A stretch of DNA of 63,975 nucleotides, the filler included, from Vicugna vicugna (Eukaryota): NCBI GenBank assembly GCA_013265495.1. It is 78 parts of 78 records of this genome, joined end to end, with 100 filler letters (N's around TTAATTAATTAA, not from the genome) between each part and the next. Parts side by side here need not be neighbours in the genome. Positions count along the whole stretch, not along the records: positions 24,665 to 26,047 come from MU061924.1; positions 26,148 to 26,910 come from PNXW01021602.1; positions 27,011 to 27,677 come from PNXW01021603.1; positions 27,778 to 28,314 come from MU061925.1; positions 28,415 to 29,150 come from PNXW01021606.1; positions 29,251 to 30,208 come from PNXW01021607.1; positions 30,309 to 30,753 come from PNXW01021608.1; positions 30,854 to 31,454 come from MU061926.1; 70 more parts are not named here. The stretch is one strand, 5' to 3'. The notes below the pieces were generated by a model. The model saw nothing but the letters and a program-made list of their open reading frames with translations, did no database searches and was not told the DNA's origin. The translations under genes and the position numbers were made by a program. Below are positions 24,958 to 37,189 of this stretch, one piece after another (within the stretch, counting starts at the first letter, position 1; each line of letters starts with the position of its first letter).

Positions 24958-25083
24958 GACACAGAGAAAAAAATGTGACAATGAATATATATATATGTTC
25001 ATGTATAACTGAAAAATTGCGCTGAACACTGGAATGTGACACAACATTGTAAAATGATTATAAATCAATAAAAAATGTTTAAA
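24958..25083 (+). mobile_element. Young L1 3' terminus (camelid-type)
   Basis: Reverse-complement match to 54625-54745. Confidence 0.85.
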
Positions 25084-26147
25084 TAGAAGGTACAAGATGA
25101 TCTGTTTAGAGCATTGTTTATGTCCCATGGGGCACGTGCTGATGCTTACGTTTCTGTTTTTATATTATTTGACCCATCAGCAGCAATCAGCTATTAAAAG
25201 ATCCCTTCTCTTCAAAATATCACTTTGTTTTTCCTTCAGCTTCCGCAGCGAGAACATACTGTCCTCTNNNNNNNNNNNNNNNNNNNNNNNNNNNNNNNNN
25301 NNNNNNNNNNNNNNNNNNNNNNNNNNNNNNNNNNNNNNNNNNNNNNNNNNNNNNNNNNNNNNNNNNNNNNNNNNNNNNNNNNNNNNNNNNNNNNNNNNNN
25401 NNNNNNNNNNNNNNNNNNNNNNNNNNNNNNNNNNNNNNNNNNNNNNNNNNNNNNNNNNNNNNNNNNNNNNNNNNNNNNNNNNNNNNNNNNNNNNNNNNNN
25501 NNNNNNNNNNNNNNNNNNNNNNNNNNNNNNNNNNNNNNNNNNNNNNNNNNNNNNNNNNNNNNNNNNNNNNNNNNNNNNNNNNNNNNNNNNNNNNNNNNNN
25601 NNNNNNNNNNNNNNNNNNNNNNNNNNNNNNNNNNNNNNNNNNNNNNNNNNNNNNNNNNNNNNNNNNNNNNNNNNNNNNNNNNNNNNNNNNNNNNNNNNNN
25701 NNNNNNNNNNNNNNNNNNNNNNNNNNNNNNNNNNNNNNNNNNNNNNNNNNNNNNNNNNNNNNNNNNNNNNNNNNNNNNNNNNNNNNNNNNNNNNNNNNNN
25801 NNNNNNNNNNNNNNNNNNNNNNNNNNNNNNNNNNNNNNNNNNNNNNNNNNNNNNNNNNNNNNNNNNNNNNNNNNNNNNNNNNNNNNNNNNNNNNNNNNNN
25901 NNNTGCCTTAGACTCCTCTACCTGGAATGTTACCCCTCATGGCCTTCACAGGGTGTGATATAGCTTCTTATTCCATTATCATCTTAAATGTCACCTCCCA
26001 GGGAAGCCAAAGTAGCTTTCAAGTCACCATGATATCAGTCTGTTTTANNNNNNNNNNNNNNNNNNNNNNNNNNNNNNNNNNNNNNNNNNNNTTAATTAAT
26101 TAANNNNNNNNNNNNNNNNNNNNNNNNNNNNNNNNNNNNNNNNNNNN

Positions 26148-26910
26148 AGACTTGGTTGCGTTAAATGGCTTTACTCAACATGATCGGATGATAAAGCTTT
26201 CTCATCACTGATAGAATTACACCTGGTTCTCCATAGACTAGCATAACTGCAGCAGGGTTCTCCAAGCTATAATGCCCATAGGTGCTTTTGGATTCAAACC
26301 TAAATGTATATATTTGGTTTGTTTCCTCTTGTATTTTCCTAGAGAGGGATGTTATCCCTTGAAATGCCAACATTGGCCAGTAGGTGCCATTGGGAGTAAA
26401 GTGCATCACATGCACAAGTGTATCCAAGGTTGGGGGTTATTTCATGTTTCCAATAGTTAATTCATGGTTCATGTTGGGTTCGGAGGCTTCAACCGTAAAG
26501 AGCTGACATGACCCCTTTAACAGTTTGGACTGCTAGTTTGCATTCTATCTGTCTAGCTTTTCCGTAGAGCTGACACAATGTTACCAAAATTGACAAGTCT
26601 GGCTTCTAGGTCGATTGAGTGTGTTTCAAAAAATAACTCCATTTTCGTATAACTCCCAAAACATGTAAATGAGTTCTGTTAAACTTCTTAAAGACTGCAA
26701 ATGGGATATCAACACAATGTCAAAAGAGTTGTCTTCGGACAATCCCTCCCAAGAAACAAAGACCTAAGCAAATATCACATTTCTGTGAAATGTATCTGGA
26801 TAGTGTTGGTTCATCGATGCCCAGTTCGCAGAGAAGAAGTGCAACCTGCACTAACTCGCCCTCAATTACAGAGCAATGGAAAAACCTACTCACCCAGCCC
26901 TTGGCACAGG
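26148..26910. repeat. Unclassified multicopy sequence, family E
   Basis: Collinear with the reverse complement of 38055-38590 (ttgtccgaagacaa; aatcgacctagaagccagacttgtcaattttggtaac). Confidence 0.8.
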
Positions 26911-27777
26911 NNNNNNNNNNNNNNNNNNNNNNNNNNNNNNNNNNNNNNNNNNNNTTAATTAATTAANNNNNNNNNNNNNNNNNNNNNNNNNNNNNNNNNN
27001 NNNNNNNNNNTGACTCCCTGGATGGGTCCTGGAAAACCCAGGAGTTCTCGGATCATGCACTGAGAATACTGCAGCCCGACCTCCAGAGCCTGGTTCCCTG
27101 GACATTCACTGAGTCCCACACGCTCCATGGAGGGGCCTCTGTGCTCACCGTGTGAGATCCCCACCGGCACAGGGTGACCTCCAGAATCCCTGCCAGGCCC
27201 ACAGCACCCTGTGACCCACAGCTTGCCCTGCACTTGATAATCGTGTGTATTTGGCCAAAGAGGGAAGGCTCCCTGGGGAGACCCACAGAGCCTCTCTCTG
27301 GTGAAGCCCCTTTTCTTTATTAGCCCGATCTGCACACTGTTACCCCTTGGCAGCCCAAAATTCTGAGCTCGGCCTCCCCGGCTCAGCCAGTCCCATCTGC
27401 TCAGCTGTTGGATGCCCAGTTCATGGGATCCCCTGCCCTAGGGGTCAGAGCCCTACACAGCCTTGGTCCAACCTCTGCTAACAGCCGTCACGCTGTCTGC
27501 ATCATCACGCGGGAATCCGGTTCGTGCAGTCCCCTGACCTTTCTCATCCACTCGTGGGCATTTTCCTTTCCTGCTCAGTTACCAGTTACATGGCTCTTTA
27601 GGCTGGCTTTCCTTAGTTCCTTCTTTTTACTATTCAGTTTAGGTCATTACTATAAAGTGCCTACACTTCTTTTGAGCNNNNNNNNNNNNNNNNNNNNNNN
27701 NNNNNNNNNNNNNNNNNNNNNTTAATTAATTAANNNNNNNNNNNNNNNNNNNNNNNNNNNNNNNNNNNNNNNNNNNN

Positions 27778-28314
27778 TGGAGTGATTTCCACCTAATAGG
27801 TATATAATTTAGATGAATTCCAACAACAAGGTATTCCGGGTTCCGTACATGTTACATGAATGTCGGATTCGGCAACCATGCATTTCTGACATGTGAGCAT
27901 GTGAATTACTGACCTTTCATCCACCAAACAATGCGTATATACACTTAGAATTATTCACTCTGACTTCATAGGTTTTTCTATCACCATGTTCTAAAATCGG
28001 ACATCTGGCACCAGAAAACATTCTTTGAGCGAATTCTAACAAATACACATGTAATTTACATTGTTTACATAACCATGGAANNNNNNNNNNNNNNNNNNNN
28101 NNNNNNNNNNNNNNNNNNNNNNNNNNNNNNNNNNNNNNNNNNNNNNNNNNNNNNNNNNNNNNNNNNNNNNNNNNNNNNNNCACTATGAAAATTTTGAATC
28201 CGTAGCTTCTGCCTAACACCAGTTTCAAGAATCACACTTTGATTTCAGAAAAAGCCTCTTGGATCGAAATATTACCTAGTGATATATAATTTGGATAGAT
28301 TCCATCTAAATGAT
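27778..28314. repeat. SatB satellite, gapped
   Basis: Reverse-complement match to SatB; shows the monomer 3 to monomer 1 junction. Confidence 0.9.
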
Positions 28315-28671
28315 NNNNNNNNNNNNNNNNNNNNNNNNNNNNNNNNNNNNNNNNNNNNTTAATTAATTAANNNNNNNNNNNNNNNNNNNNNNNNNNNNNN
28401 NNNNNNNNNNNNNNAGGCAGCCGGCAGCTCTCTTGCTGTGTCTGGGCGGGCAGATGGAGCGGAACCGCTGATGGGGGCAGAGACCACACGGCGGCAGCAG
28501 CCTGGCGCCGGCACTGGGCGGTGGGGCCGAGGGCTGGGGGACCAGGGAGGGGGCCCGGAGCTGCTGCGCCCCTTCTCAGCCTGTGGCCATGATGCCCCAG
28601 CCCAGCAGAGACCCCACCTGCTTAGAGGACAGCAGCTCATCCAGCCCCGCGTTTCTCAGACCAGGAGGAGG

Positions 28672-28845
28672 AGCCTGGCATTTATCGGAGTCTGTACTGA
28701 GCAGGGAGCACCCCAACTGCGTTGCAATGATGCTACTGTACCCCATTTTCAGAGGGAAACCGAGGTTCTGAGACCAGAGGCAGTCTGACCTGGATGATGC
28801 ATCCAGTTCAGTGACAGATCGGATTTGAGCCTGAGCTGGGACTGG
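28672..28845 (-). mobile_element. MIR SINE
   Basis: ccccattttcagagggaaaccgagg...ggatttgagcctgag MIR core. Confidence 0.65.
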
Positions 28846-28924
28846 ACCTGGGGGAGGGTTTTGGGGGGCAAGTTTTGAGGGAGAGTCTCACCACTGCTCC
28901 CCACTCCACCCCATGGTTTTCCTC

Positions 28925-29150
28925 CTGGGTGAGTGTCCTGTGGCTGCTATAACAAAGGACCACGAGCATAGTGGCTTAAAACCATCCAAATTTATTCTCC
29001 GACAGTTCTGCTGGTCAGAAGTTAGAAGAAGAAGTCAGTTTCCCAGGACTCAAGTCAAGGTGCAGACAGGGCCAGCTGCTTCTGGAGGCTCCAGGGGAGA
29101 GTCCATTTCCTGGCCTTTTCCAGCTTCTAGAGTCACCCCCATTCCTTGGC
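28925..29150 (-). mobile_element. MaLR LTR (MLT1 family)
   Basis: ggctgctataacaaa..accac...gtggcttaaaac...aaatttattctc..acagttctg...ttctggaggctccaggggaga.tccatttcctggccttttccagcttctagag. Confidence 0.88.
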
Positions 29151-29250
29151 NNNNNNNNNNNNNNNNNNNNNNNNNNNNNNNNNNNNNNNNNNNNTTAATT
29201 AATTAANNNNNNNNNNNNNNNNNNNNNNNNNNNNNNNNNNNNNNNNNNNN

Positions 29251-30208
29251 GGGGCACTCACTGCTACTTGGCCTCCAAGCCCTACCCCCAGCTTTTCCTC
29301 ATGGCCTGTCCTAAAGGAACACTCAGGGAACAGAAGCTAAGTTATACTAGTTGAACCCAGGTGCTGCTGTCAGTTTGAGGAACCTCCCCACACTCAGAAC
29401 CCCAGAACACTTCTTCCTGTGTGTGCTGCACATGGGGAAACATAGCACACGCATTTTTCAGGGGCACAATTATTCCACGGTTGTGGGCTGTAGGTCAAAC
29501 ACCCACATCGCATGGAGAGGCTCTCGCCAATACTTGGTTTTGAGCCAAATCCCAACTTTCCCCCGCACACCGGCCTTTTCAATCCATCATGGAAGGCAAG
29601 TTAAGGTATTGTATTAGAACTCAGGCGCTGCTGTTAGTGGGAAGAACCTCCCCACACTCAAAATATCTGAACCCAATGCCCTGTGTGTTCTGGAGGAAGG
29701 AAACAGAGTCCACGCATCTTTCTGGGGGCACAGGTGTTCCCTGGTTGGGGATGTAGTTAAACACTTCCAATGCTCATAGAGAGGTACTCGCTATTACTTT
29801 GGTTTAGTGTCCAACCACACCTTCACTCACAGCCCGGCCTATGGAAACACTCAGGGAAGTGAAGCCAAGTGATTCTATTAGATTCCAGGTGCTGCTGTCA
29901 GTTGGAGGAGCCTCCCCACACTCAGGATACCAGAAAAGTTCTTCATGTGTGTCCTGGAAGTGGGGAAACAAAGTCCGCGTTTATTTATTGGATCACAGGT
30001 GTTCCCAGGTTGGGGATGTAGGTAAATACTTCCACTGCTCATAGAGAGGCACTCGCTATTACTTTGGTTTAGTGCCCAACCCCACCTTAACTCACATCGC
30101 GGCCAAAGGAAACAATCAGGGATGTCAATCCAAGAGATTCTATTAGATCCCAGGTGCTGAGATCCTCCCCACATTTAGGATAGCTGAAGAGTTCTTCGTG
30201 TGTGTGCT
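29251..30208. repeat. SatC tandem array (opposite orientation), ~264-bp monomers
   Basis: gctg anchors at 29363, 29627, 29891 and 30156. Confidence 0.93.
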
Positions 30209-30645
30209 NNNNNNNNNNNNNNNNNNNNNNNNNNNNNNNNNNNNNNNNNNNNTTAATTAATTAANNNNNNNNNNNNNNNNNNNNNNNNNNNNNNNNNNNN
30301 NNNNNNNNGGAGAGGTAAAGACACCCAGAGGGGAAGAGGACTCAGGGCTGTCAGGGGCTTGCGGGCTGGGGAGTGGAGGTGGTTGGGGAGAGTGCATGCT
30401 CTGGATCCAGGGTTTTACTTTGAAGAAATTAATGGTGTGAGCCTGCATGGTAGTGATGGTCTCACGGCATCGTGAAGTCACCCAGTGCTCCTGAATTGCA
30501 CAATTTCCGAGGGACCAAGTCTATATTTTATTAAAAGAAACTTAAAAATGCAAGATAAAGGATGCCATAACCGATATGAAACAAAGAGTTGTAAGTCAAG
30601 AAAAATAATCACGAAGGACTTCAGGGGAATGGAAGTCAATTTCGG

Positions 30646-30687
30646 ATGCTGGAGGGGATTCATGGAATGCTGGAGGGGATTCATGGA
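30646..30687. repeat. Perfect 21-bp tandem duplication
   Basis: atgctggaggggattcatgga occurs twice in tandem. Confidence 0.85.
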
Positions 30688-30853
30688 GGTATTTTCAAGA
30701 AGAAAGTTCATTTGGGCACAGAGGGAGCTCAGCCCCACGGGCTGATGACACCTNNNNNNNNNNNNNNNNNNNNNNNNNNNNNNNNNNNNNNNNNNNNTTA
30801 ATTAATTAANNNNNNNNNNNNNNNNNNNNNNNNNNNNNNNNNNNNNNNNNNNN

Positions 30854-31454
30854 ATCTATTCAAATTACAGATCTCTAGGGTAGAATTCACTCCAAGAGTG
30901 TTTTTCTGTGATCTGAGTGTGATTCTTAAAACTGGTAAAAGTAAGAAGCTACGAAGTCTAAGTTAATAATTCAGAGTGTGTAGGTAACTTGTTTGGTTTG
31001 GGAAACATCAGTCATGTGCATGTTCACAACTCAGAAATGCATGTTTGAGGAATCCGTGATGCATGAAACATGCTCGTAGTACGGAATTCCATGGTTATGT
31101 AAACAATGNNNNNNNNNNNNNNNNNNNNNNNNNNNNNNNNNNNNNNNNNNNNNNNNNNNNNNNNNNNNNNNNNNNNNNNNNNNNNNNNNNNNNNNNNNNN
31201 NNNNNNNNNNNNNNNNNNNNNNNNNNNNNNNNNNNNNNNNNNNNNNTTTGGTGGATGTCAGTAATCCACATGCTCACATGTCAGAAACTTATGAATGCCG
31301 AATACGTCGTACATCTAGCATGTACGGAACCCGGAATGCCATGTTGAAGGAATTCATGTAAATTACATATCTGTTAGGTGGAAATAGCTCCAGAAATATG
31401 ATTCTGTGGAAATAGCACGAATAAGAATTTGGTGTTAGGGAAAGCTTGTAAAAA
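30854..31454. repeat. SatB satellite, gapped
   Basis: Collinear with 3130-3385, then continues into monomer 1. Confidence 0.92.
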
Positions 31455-31554
31455 NNNNNNNNNNNNNNNNNNNNNNNNNNNNNNNNNNNNNNNNNNNNTT
31501 AATTAATTAANNNNNNNNNNNNNNNNNNNNNNNNNNNNNNNNNNNNNNNNNNNN

Positions 31555-32224
31555 TGTGGGCAGTGGAGGGTTTTAAACTACTTCCCCAACCTTTGAACAA
31601 CTGTGCCCCATAAAGTTGCGTGGAAACTGTTTCCCCATCTCCAGCACACACACGGAGATGTGCTCAGGTATCCTGATTGTGGGGAGGCTCCTCCAAATGA
31701 CAGCAGCGCCTGGGTTCTAATAGAATCCCTAAGCTTGTCTTCCCTGATGGCATGCCTAGTCTGGAGAGAAAAGAGGGGTTTGGTCTCTAAACCAAGTATT
31801 AGCGAGAGCCTATCCATGGGATTTGGGTTTTTGACCTACAACCCACAACCATGGAATAAATGTGCCCCCTGAAAAATGTTTTGGCTCTTTCCCTACATCC
31901 AGCACACACACGAAAATGTTTTCTGATATTCTGAGTGTGGGGAAGTTCCTCAAACGGACAGCAGCACCTGGATTCTATTAGTATCCCTTAGCTTCTGTTC
32001 CCTGAGTGTTCCTTTAGGCCAGGCCATGAGGGAAAGCTGGGGGTTGGGCTTGGAGGCCATGTAGCAGTGAGTGACCCCTGATCCATTGAGGAAGTTCTTA
32101 GAGGACTACTCCGTAAACGGAACACCTTTTCCTCCATTCATCTGGGTGGAGTGGGGCTGCACAACTCTCATCACACCTTAGAATGTGTTCTGGAATTCTG
32201 AGTGCTGGGAAGTTCCTCCAACTG
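31555..32224. repeat. SatC tandem array
   Basis: cagcagc anchors at 31701 and 31959, with the next expected at ~32226 (258 and ~267 bp). Confidence 0.93.
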
Positions 32225-32842
32225 NNNNNNNNNNNNNNNNNNNNNNNNNNNNNNNNNNNNNNNNNNNNTTAATTAATTAANNNNNNNNNNNNNNNNNNNN
32301 NNNNNNNNNNNNNNNNNNNNNNNNGTGTGTACCAGCCAGAAGGCAAGGGAAGCCAAAGCAAATCCGTGGATACAGTTTGTCCTCAGTGTGTGCACATGGC
32401 TACCGTAGCTCGGATCACATTACCCAGATTTGGCCTCGGCTTCCTGCCCCTGCAGAGAAGGGTCATTTCTTATTTTCTGTTTCCAAGCACCGAGCAAGTC
32501 CCTGATGCAAAGTCACTGCTCAAAAATGCTGAATAAAGAAATGAACAAAGGATCTGCTTTCCNNNNNNNNNNNNNNNNNNNNNNNNNNNNNNNNNNNNNN
32601 NNNNNNNNNNNNNNNNNNNNNNNNNNNNNNNNNNNNNNNNNNNNNNNNNNNNNNNNNNNNNNNNNNNNNNNNNNNNNNNNNNNNNNNNNNNNNNNNNNNN
32701 NNNNNNNNNNNNNNNNNNNNNNNNNNNNNNNNNNNNNNNNNNNNNNNNNNNNNNNNNNNNNCTAATTTTAAAAAATGAAACAACTAAATACACCTAATTA
32801 CACTCCTGAAAAAATATATTTTAATTCAAAATTCAAAAAACA

Positions 32843-32894
32843 CAATGCAATTGACACAACATTGTAAACTTGACTATACTTCAATTAAAAAAAA
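32843..32894 (+). mobile_element. L1 3' terminus fragment
   Basis: attgacacaacattgtaaacttgactatacttcaattaaaaaaaa. Confidence 0.7.
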
Positions 32895-33129
32895 TCCTTG
32901 CCTTACAAGAATATATCTGGATTAAGGAAGTTTGCAAATGTAAAATGCCTAGGGTACCACCTGCATACAAAGAGGTGACTATGCAAATTTACTATCGCTC
33001 CGTTATGAGCTATATTTCCTTTGGGGGGATTATAACTTCTCAGAGCTAATTTGGTCAGATTAAAAAAAAATTACCTGATTCTCAGCACTGCTGAAGAATC
33101 AGACAACTCTATGAAAGCATCTGACCCAC

Positions 33130-33370
33130 AGAGGTTACTCAATAAATGTTTGTTGAATGAATGAATAAACAAGCAAAGTGAATGCTGCTCCCTGCCACAG
33201 ACCATCATATTGGTACTGCCTGCAAATCCCAAGTTCACGTTCCATCCATCTCTACATTAACCATGTGGGTGACCTGGGCAGTCCTGAGTGATTCTCTAAG
33301 CGCCAGTTTAATCATGAATAGAAATGAGGGCAATAACACAAAACTCAAATTGTTAGTGAGTCAGTAATGA
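33130..33370 (+). mobile_element. L2 3' tail followed by a probable MIR fragment
   Basis: actcaataaatgtttgttgaatgaatgaat; tgggtgacctgggcagtcc...ttctctaagcgccagttt. Confidence 0.55.
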
Positions 33371-33522
33371 ATTATAACCCAACTTTGCACGATGGAACCA
33401 TTCAGGAAAACTGGGCAAAGTGNNNNNNNNNNNNNNNNNNNNNNNNNNNNNNNNNNNNNNNNNNNNTTAATTAATTAANNNNNNNNNNNNNNNNNNNNNN
33501 NNNNNNNNNNNNNNNNNNNNNN

Positions 33523-34055
33523 GCACAGAGACATTAGGAGAAACCTCAGGGGAGACGAGCTTAGGCAAACCGTTAGAACCCACGCGGTGCAGACCTTTGG
33601 TGGAACCTTCCCACGCTCAGGATCCGGAATCATTGTGAGTGCGTGGGGGAGATCGAGAGATAACTAGACGCAGCTCTCTTCAGTCACAGGTGTTCCCTCT
33701 TCGAGGAAGTTCGAGATATACCTTTCCTGATCTTGGGGATGCAACCTCTGTCACTTGGATAGCCTGCAATCGCCCCTAGCATTCCCTGGCATAGAGACAT
33801 TAGGAAAACTCTCAGGGAAGACGAGCTTAAGCATTCCGTTAGAACCCACGCGCTGCCGACCGTTGGTGGAACCTCCCCACGCTCAGGATTCCGGAACCAT
33901 TGTCAGTGCGTGGGNNNNNNNNNNNNNNNNNNNNNNNNNNNNNNNNNNNNNNNNNNNNNGTCACAGGTGTGTTCGGGGAAGTCCGAGAAATAACTTCCCT
34001 GGCCATGGTTAGGCAGCCTCTGTCACTGGGATATCCTGCAATCGCCCCTAGCATT
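33523..34055. repeat. SatA tandem array (opposite orientation)
   Basis: acattagg at 33531 and 33797 (266 bp; this copy appears to carry a 1-bp deletion). Confidence 0.95.
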
Positions 34056-34155
34056 NNNNNNNNNNNNNNNNNNNNNNNNNNNNNNNNNNNNNNNNNNNNT
34101 TAATTAATTAANNNNNNNNNNNNNNNNNNNNNNNNNNNNNNNNNNNNNNNNNNNN

Positions 34156-35338
34156 ATTCTATATTCTATATTTTGCGTACTTCATTCTATATTCTACAAT
34201 TTATATTTTGCATTCCGTAATCTATTTTCTATATTCTGTGTTCTACATTCTATATTCTAAGTTATTTATTCAGTATTCTGTATTCTATATTCTAAATTCT
34301 GTGTTCTACATTCTGTATTCTAAATTCTATATTAAGTANNNNNNNNNNNNNNNNNNNNNNNNNNNNNNNNNNNNNNNNNNNNNNNNNNNNNNNNNNNNNN
34401 NNNNNNNNNNNNNNNNNNNNNNNNNNNNNNNNNNNNNNNNNNNNNNNNNNNNNNNNNNNNNNNNNNNNNNNNNNNNNNNNNNNNNNNNNNNNNNNNNNNN
34501 NNNNNNNNNNNNNNNNNNNNNNNNNNNNNNNNNNNNNNNNNNNNNNNNNNNNNNNNNNNNNNNNNNNNNNNNNNNNNNNNNNNNNNNNNNNNNNNNNNNN
34601 NNNNNNNNNNNNNNNNNNNNNNNNNNNNNNNNNNNNNNNNNNNNNNNNNNNNNNNNNNNNNNNNNNNNNNNNNNNNNNNNNNNNNNNNNNNNNNNNNNNN
34701 NNNNNNNNNNNNNNNNNNNNNNNNNNNNNNNNNNNNNNNNNNNNNNNNNNNNNNNNNNNNNNNNNNNNNNNNNNNNNNNNNNNNNNNNNNNNNNNNNNNN
34801 NNNNNNNNNNNNNNNNNNNNNNNNNNNNNNNNNNNNNNNNNNNNNNNNNNNNNNNNNNNNNNNNNNNNNNNNNNNNNNNNNNNNNNNNNNNNNNNNNNNN
34901 NNNNNNNNNNNNNNNNNNNNNNNNNNNNNNNNNNNNNNNNNNNNNNNNNNNNNNNNNNNNNNNNNNNNNNNNNNNNNNNNNNNNNNNNNNNNNNNNNNNN
35001 NNNNNNNNNNNNNNNNNNNNNNNNNNNNNNNNNNNNNNNNNNNNNNNNNNNNNNNNNNNNNNNNNNNNNNNNNNNNNNNNNNNNNNNNNNNNNNNNNNNN
35101 NNNNNNNNNNNNNNNNNNNNNNNNNNNNNNNNNNNNNNNNNNNNNNNNNNNTTTCTGTATTCTATATTATAAATTCTGTATTCTACATTCTATATTCTAA
35201 ATTCTATATTCAGTATTATGTAATCTATATTCTAAATTCTGTGTTCCGCATAGCATGTTCTTTATCCTGGATTCTTTATTCTGTATTCTTCAATCTATAC
35301 TCTGTGTTCTACATTCTATAATCTAAATTCTATATTCA
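34156..35338. repeat. SatD satellite, gapped
   Basis: ATTCT-core heptamers. Confidence 0.92.
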
Positions 35339-35438
35339 NNNNNNNNNNNNNNNNNNNNNNNNNNNNNNNNNNNNNNNNNNNNTTAATTAATTAANNNNNN
35401 NNNNNNNNNNNNNNNNNNNNNNNNNNNNNNNNNNNNNN

Positions 35439-35640
35439 AATCTCGAGGTCCTTCCATGTTGCTGCAAATGGCATTATTTCATTTTTTTTTTACGGCTGAT
35501 TAGTATTCCATTGTATAAATACCACAACTTCTTTATCCAGTCATCTGTCAATGGACATTTAATTTGCTTCCATTTCTTGGCTGTTGTAAACAGTTCTGCT
35601 ATGTGCACTTGGGTGCATGTATCTTTACAAGTCAAAGTTT
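35439..35640 (-). mobile_element. LINE-1 ORF2 C-terminal end
   Basis: Minus frame reads AELFTTAKKWKQIKCPLTDDWIKKLWY, the L1 ORF2 C-terminal motif. Confidence 0.92.
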
Positions 35641-36208
35641 TGGATGGTTGTACTTCCTGGGCCAGCAATTTAAGTCCTGCTTGTTTATTCTATAAGTTTG
35701 TACAGTTTTANNNNNNNNNNNNNNNNNNNNNNNNNNNNNNNNNNNNNNNNNNNNNNNNNNNNNNNNNNNNNNNNNNNNNNNNNNNNNNNNNNNNNNNNNN
35801 NNNNNNNNNNNNNNNNNNNNNNNNNNNNNNNNNNNNNNNNNNNNNNNNNNNNNNNNNNNNNNNNNNAGCCCAATAAGGAGAGTCCTCACTAGGGGGTAGG
35901 TGGCACTTGTTTTCCCTCCAATAAGTTACTTTTTTACCAGCTACCTGATCCACTAGTACTTCCTCTCCTTTCCATTAACACTCAGAACTATAGAAAAGTA
36001 CAAAGAATTCTGGATGTCCTTTACTGAGAACCAACTGTTTACCTGTATCACATTGACTGTATATATAAAGAAAATAGAGTTTCATTTGAGGGAGTTGTGA
36101 GCTGTTTGTAAGTAAATTATAGACATCAACACTACATAGTTCAGCACATCTCTTGTCAAGACAAGGGCATTTTCTTATGTAAAAATCCACATTATAGAAA
36201 TTATATAT

Positions 36209-36223
36209 TGTGTGTGTGTGTGT
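36209..36223. repeat. (TG)n microsatellite, truncated by the gap
   Basis: tgtgtgtgtgtgtgt at the contig end. Confidence 0.8.
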
Positions 36224-36323
36224 NNNNNNNNNNNNNNNNNNNNNNNNNNNNNNNNNNNNNNNNNNNNTTAATTAATTAANNNNNNNNNNNNNNNNNNNNN
36301 NNNNNNNNNNNNNNNNNNNNNNN

Positions 36324-37089
36324 TTTACTGTGACTCCATAGGTTTTTTCTATCACCAGGTTCTAAAATTGGACATTTGATACCAGAAAACACTCTTTGAG
36401 CGAATTCTCACGAATACACATGTAATTTACATTGTTTACATAACCATGGAATTCCGTATTACGAACATGTTTCATGCATCACGGATTCCTCAAACATGCA
36501 TTTCTGAGNNNNNNNNNNNNNNNNNNNNNNNNNNNNNNNNNNNNNNNNNNNNNNNNNNNNNNNNNNNNNNNNNNNNNNNNNNNNNNNNNNNNNNNNNNNN
36601 NNNNNNNNNNNNNNNNNNNNNNNNNNNNNNNNNNNNNNNNNNNNNNNNNNNNNNNNNNNNNNNNNNNNNNNNNNNNNNNNNNNNNNNNNNNNNNNNNNNN
36701 NNNNNNNNNNNNNNNNNNNNNNNNNNNNNNNNNNNNNNNNNNNNNNNNNNNNNNNNNNNNNNNNNNNNNNNNNNNNNNNNNNNNNNNNNNNNNNNNNNNN
36801 NNNNNNNNNNNNNNNNNNNNNNNNNNNNNNNNNNNNNNNNNNNNNNNNNNNNNNNNAATACCAGTTTCAAATTCGTGCATTTTTCACAGAAATATACTTC
36901 TGGAGCGATTACCACCTAATAGATATGTAATTTACATGAATTCCATCAACATGGCATTCCAGGTTCCTAACATGCTACATGCATAACGGATTCAGCAAGC
37001 ATGCATTTCTGAGTTGTGAGCACGTGGATTACTGACCTTTCATACAACAAACAATGCATATATACACTTAGAAATATTTGCTCTGATTT
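36324..37089. repeat. SatB satellite, gapped
   Basis: Reverse-complement match to SatB monomers 3 and 1. Confidence 0.92.
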
Positions 37090-37189
37090 NNNNNNNNNNN
37101 NNNNNNNNNNNNNNNNNNNNNNNNNNNNNNNNNTTAATTAATTAANNNNNNNNNNNNNNNNNNNNNNNNNNNNNNNNNNNNNNNNNNNN

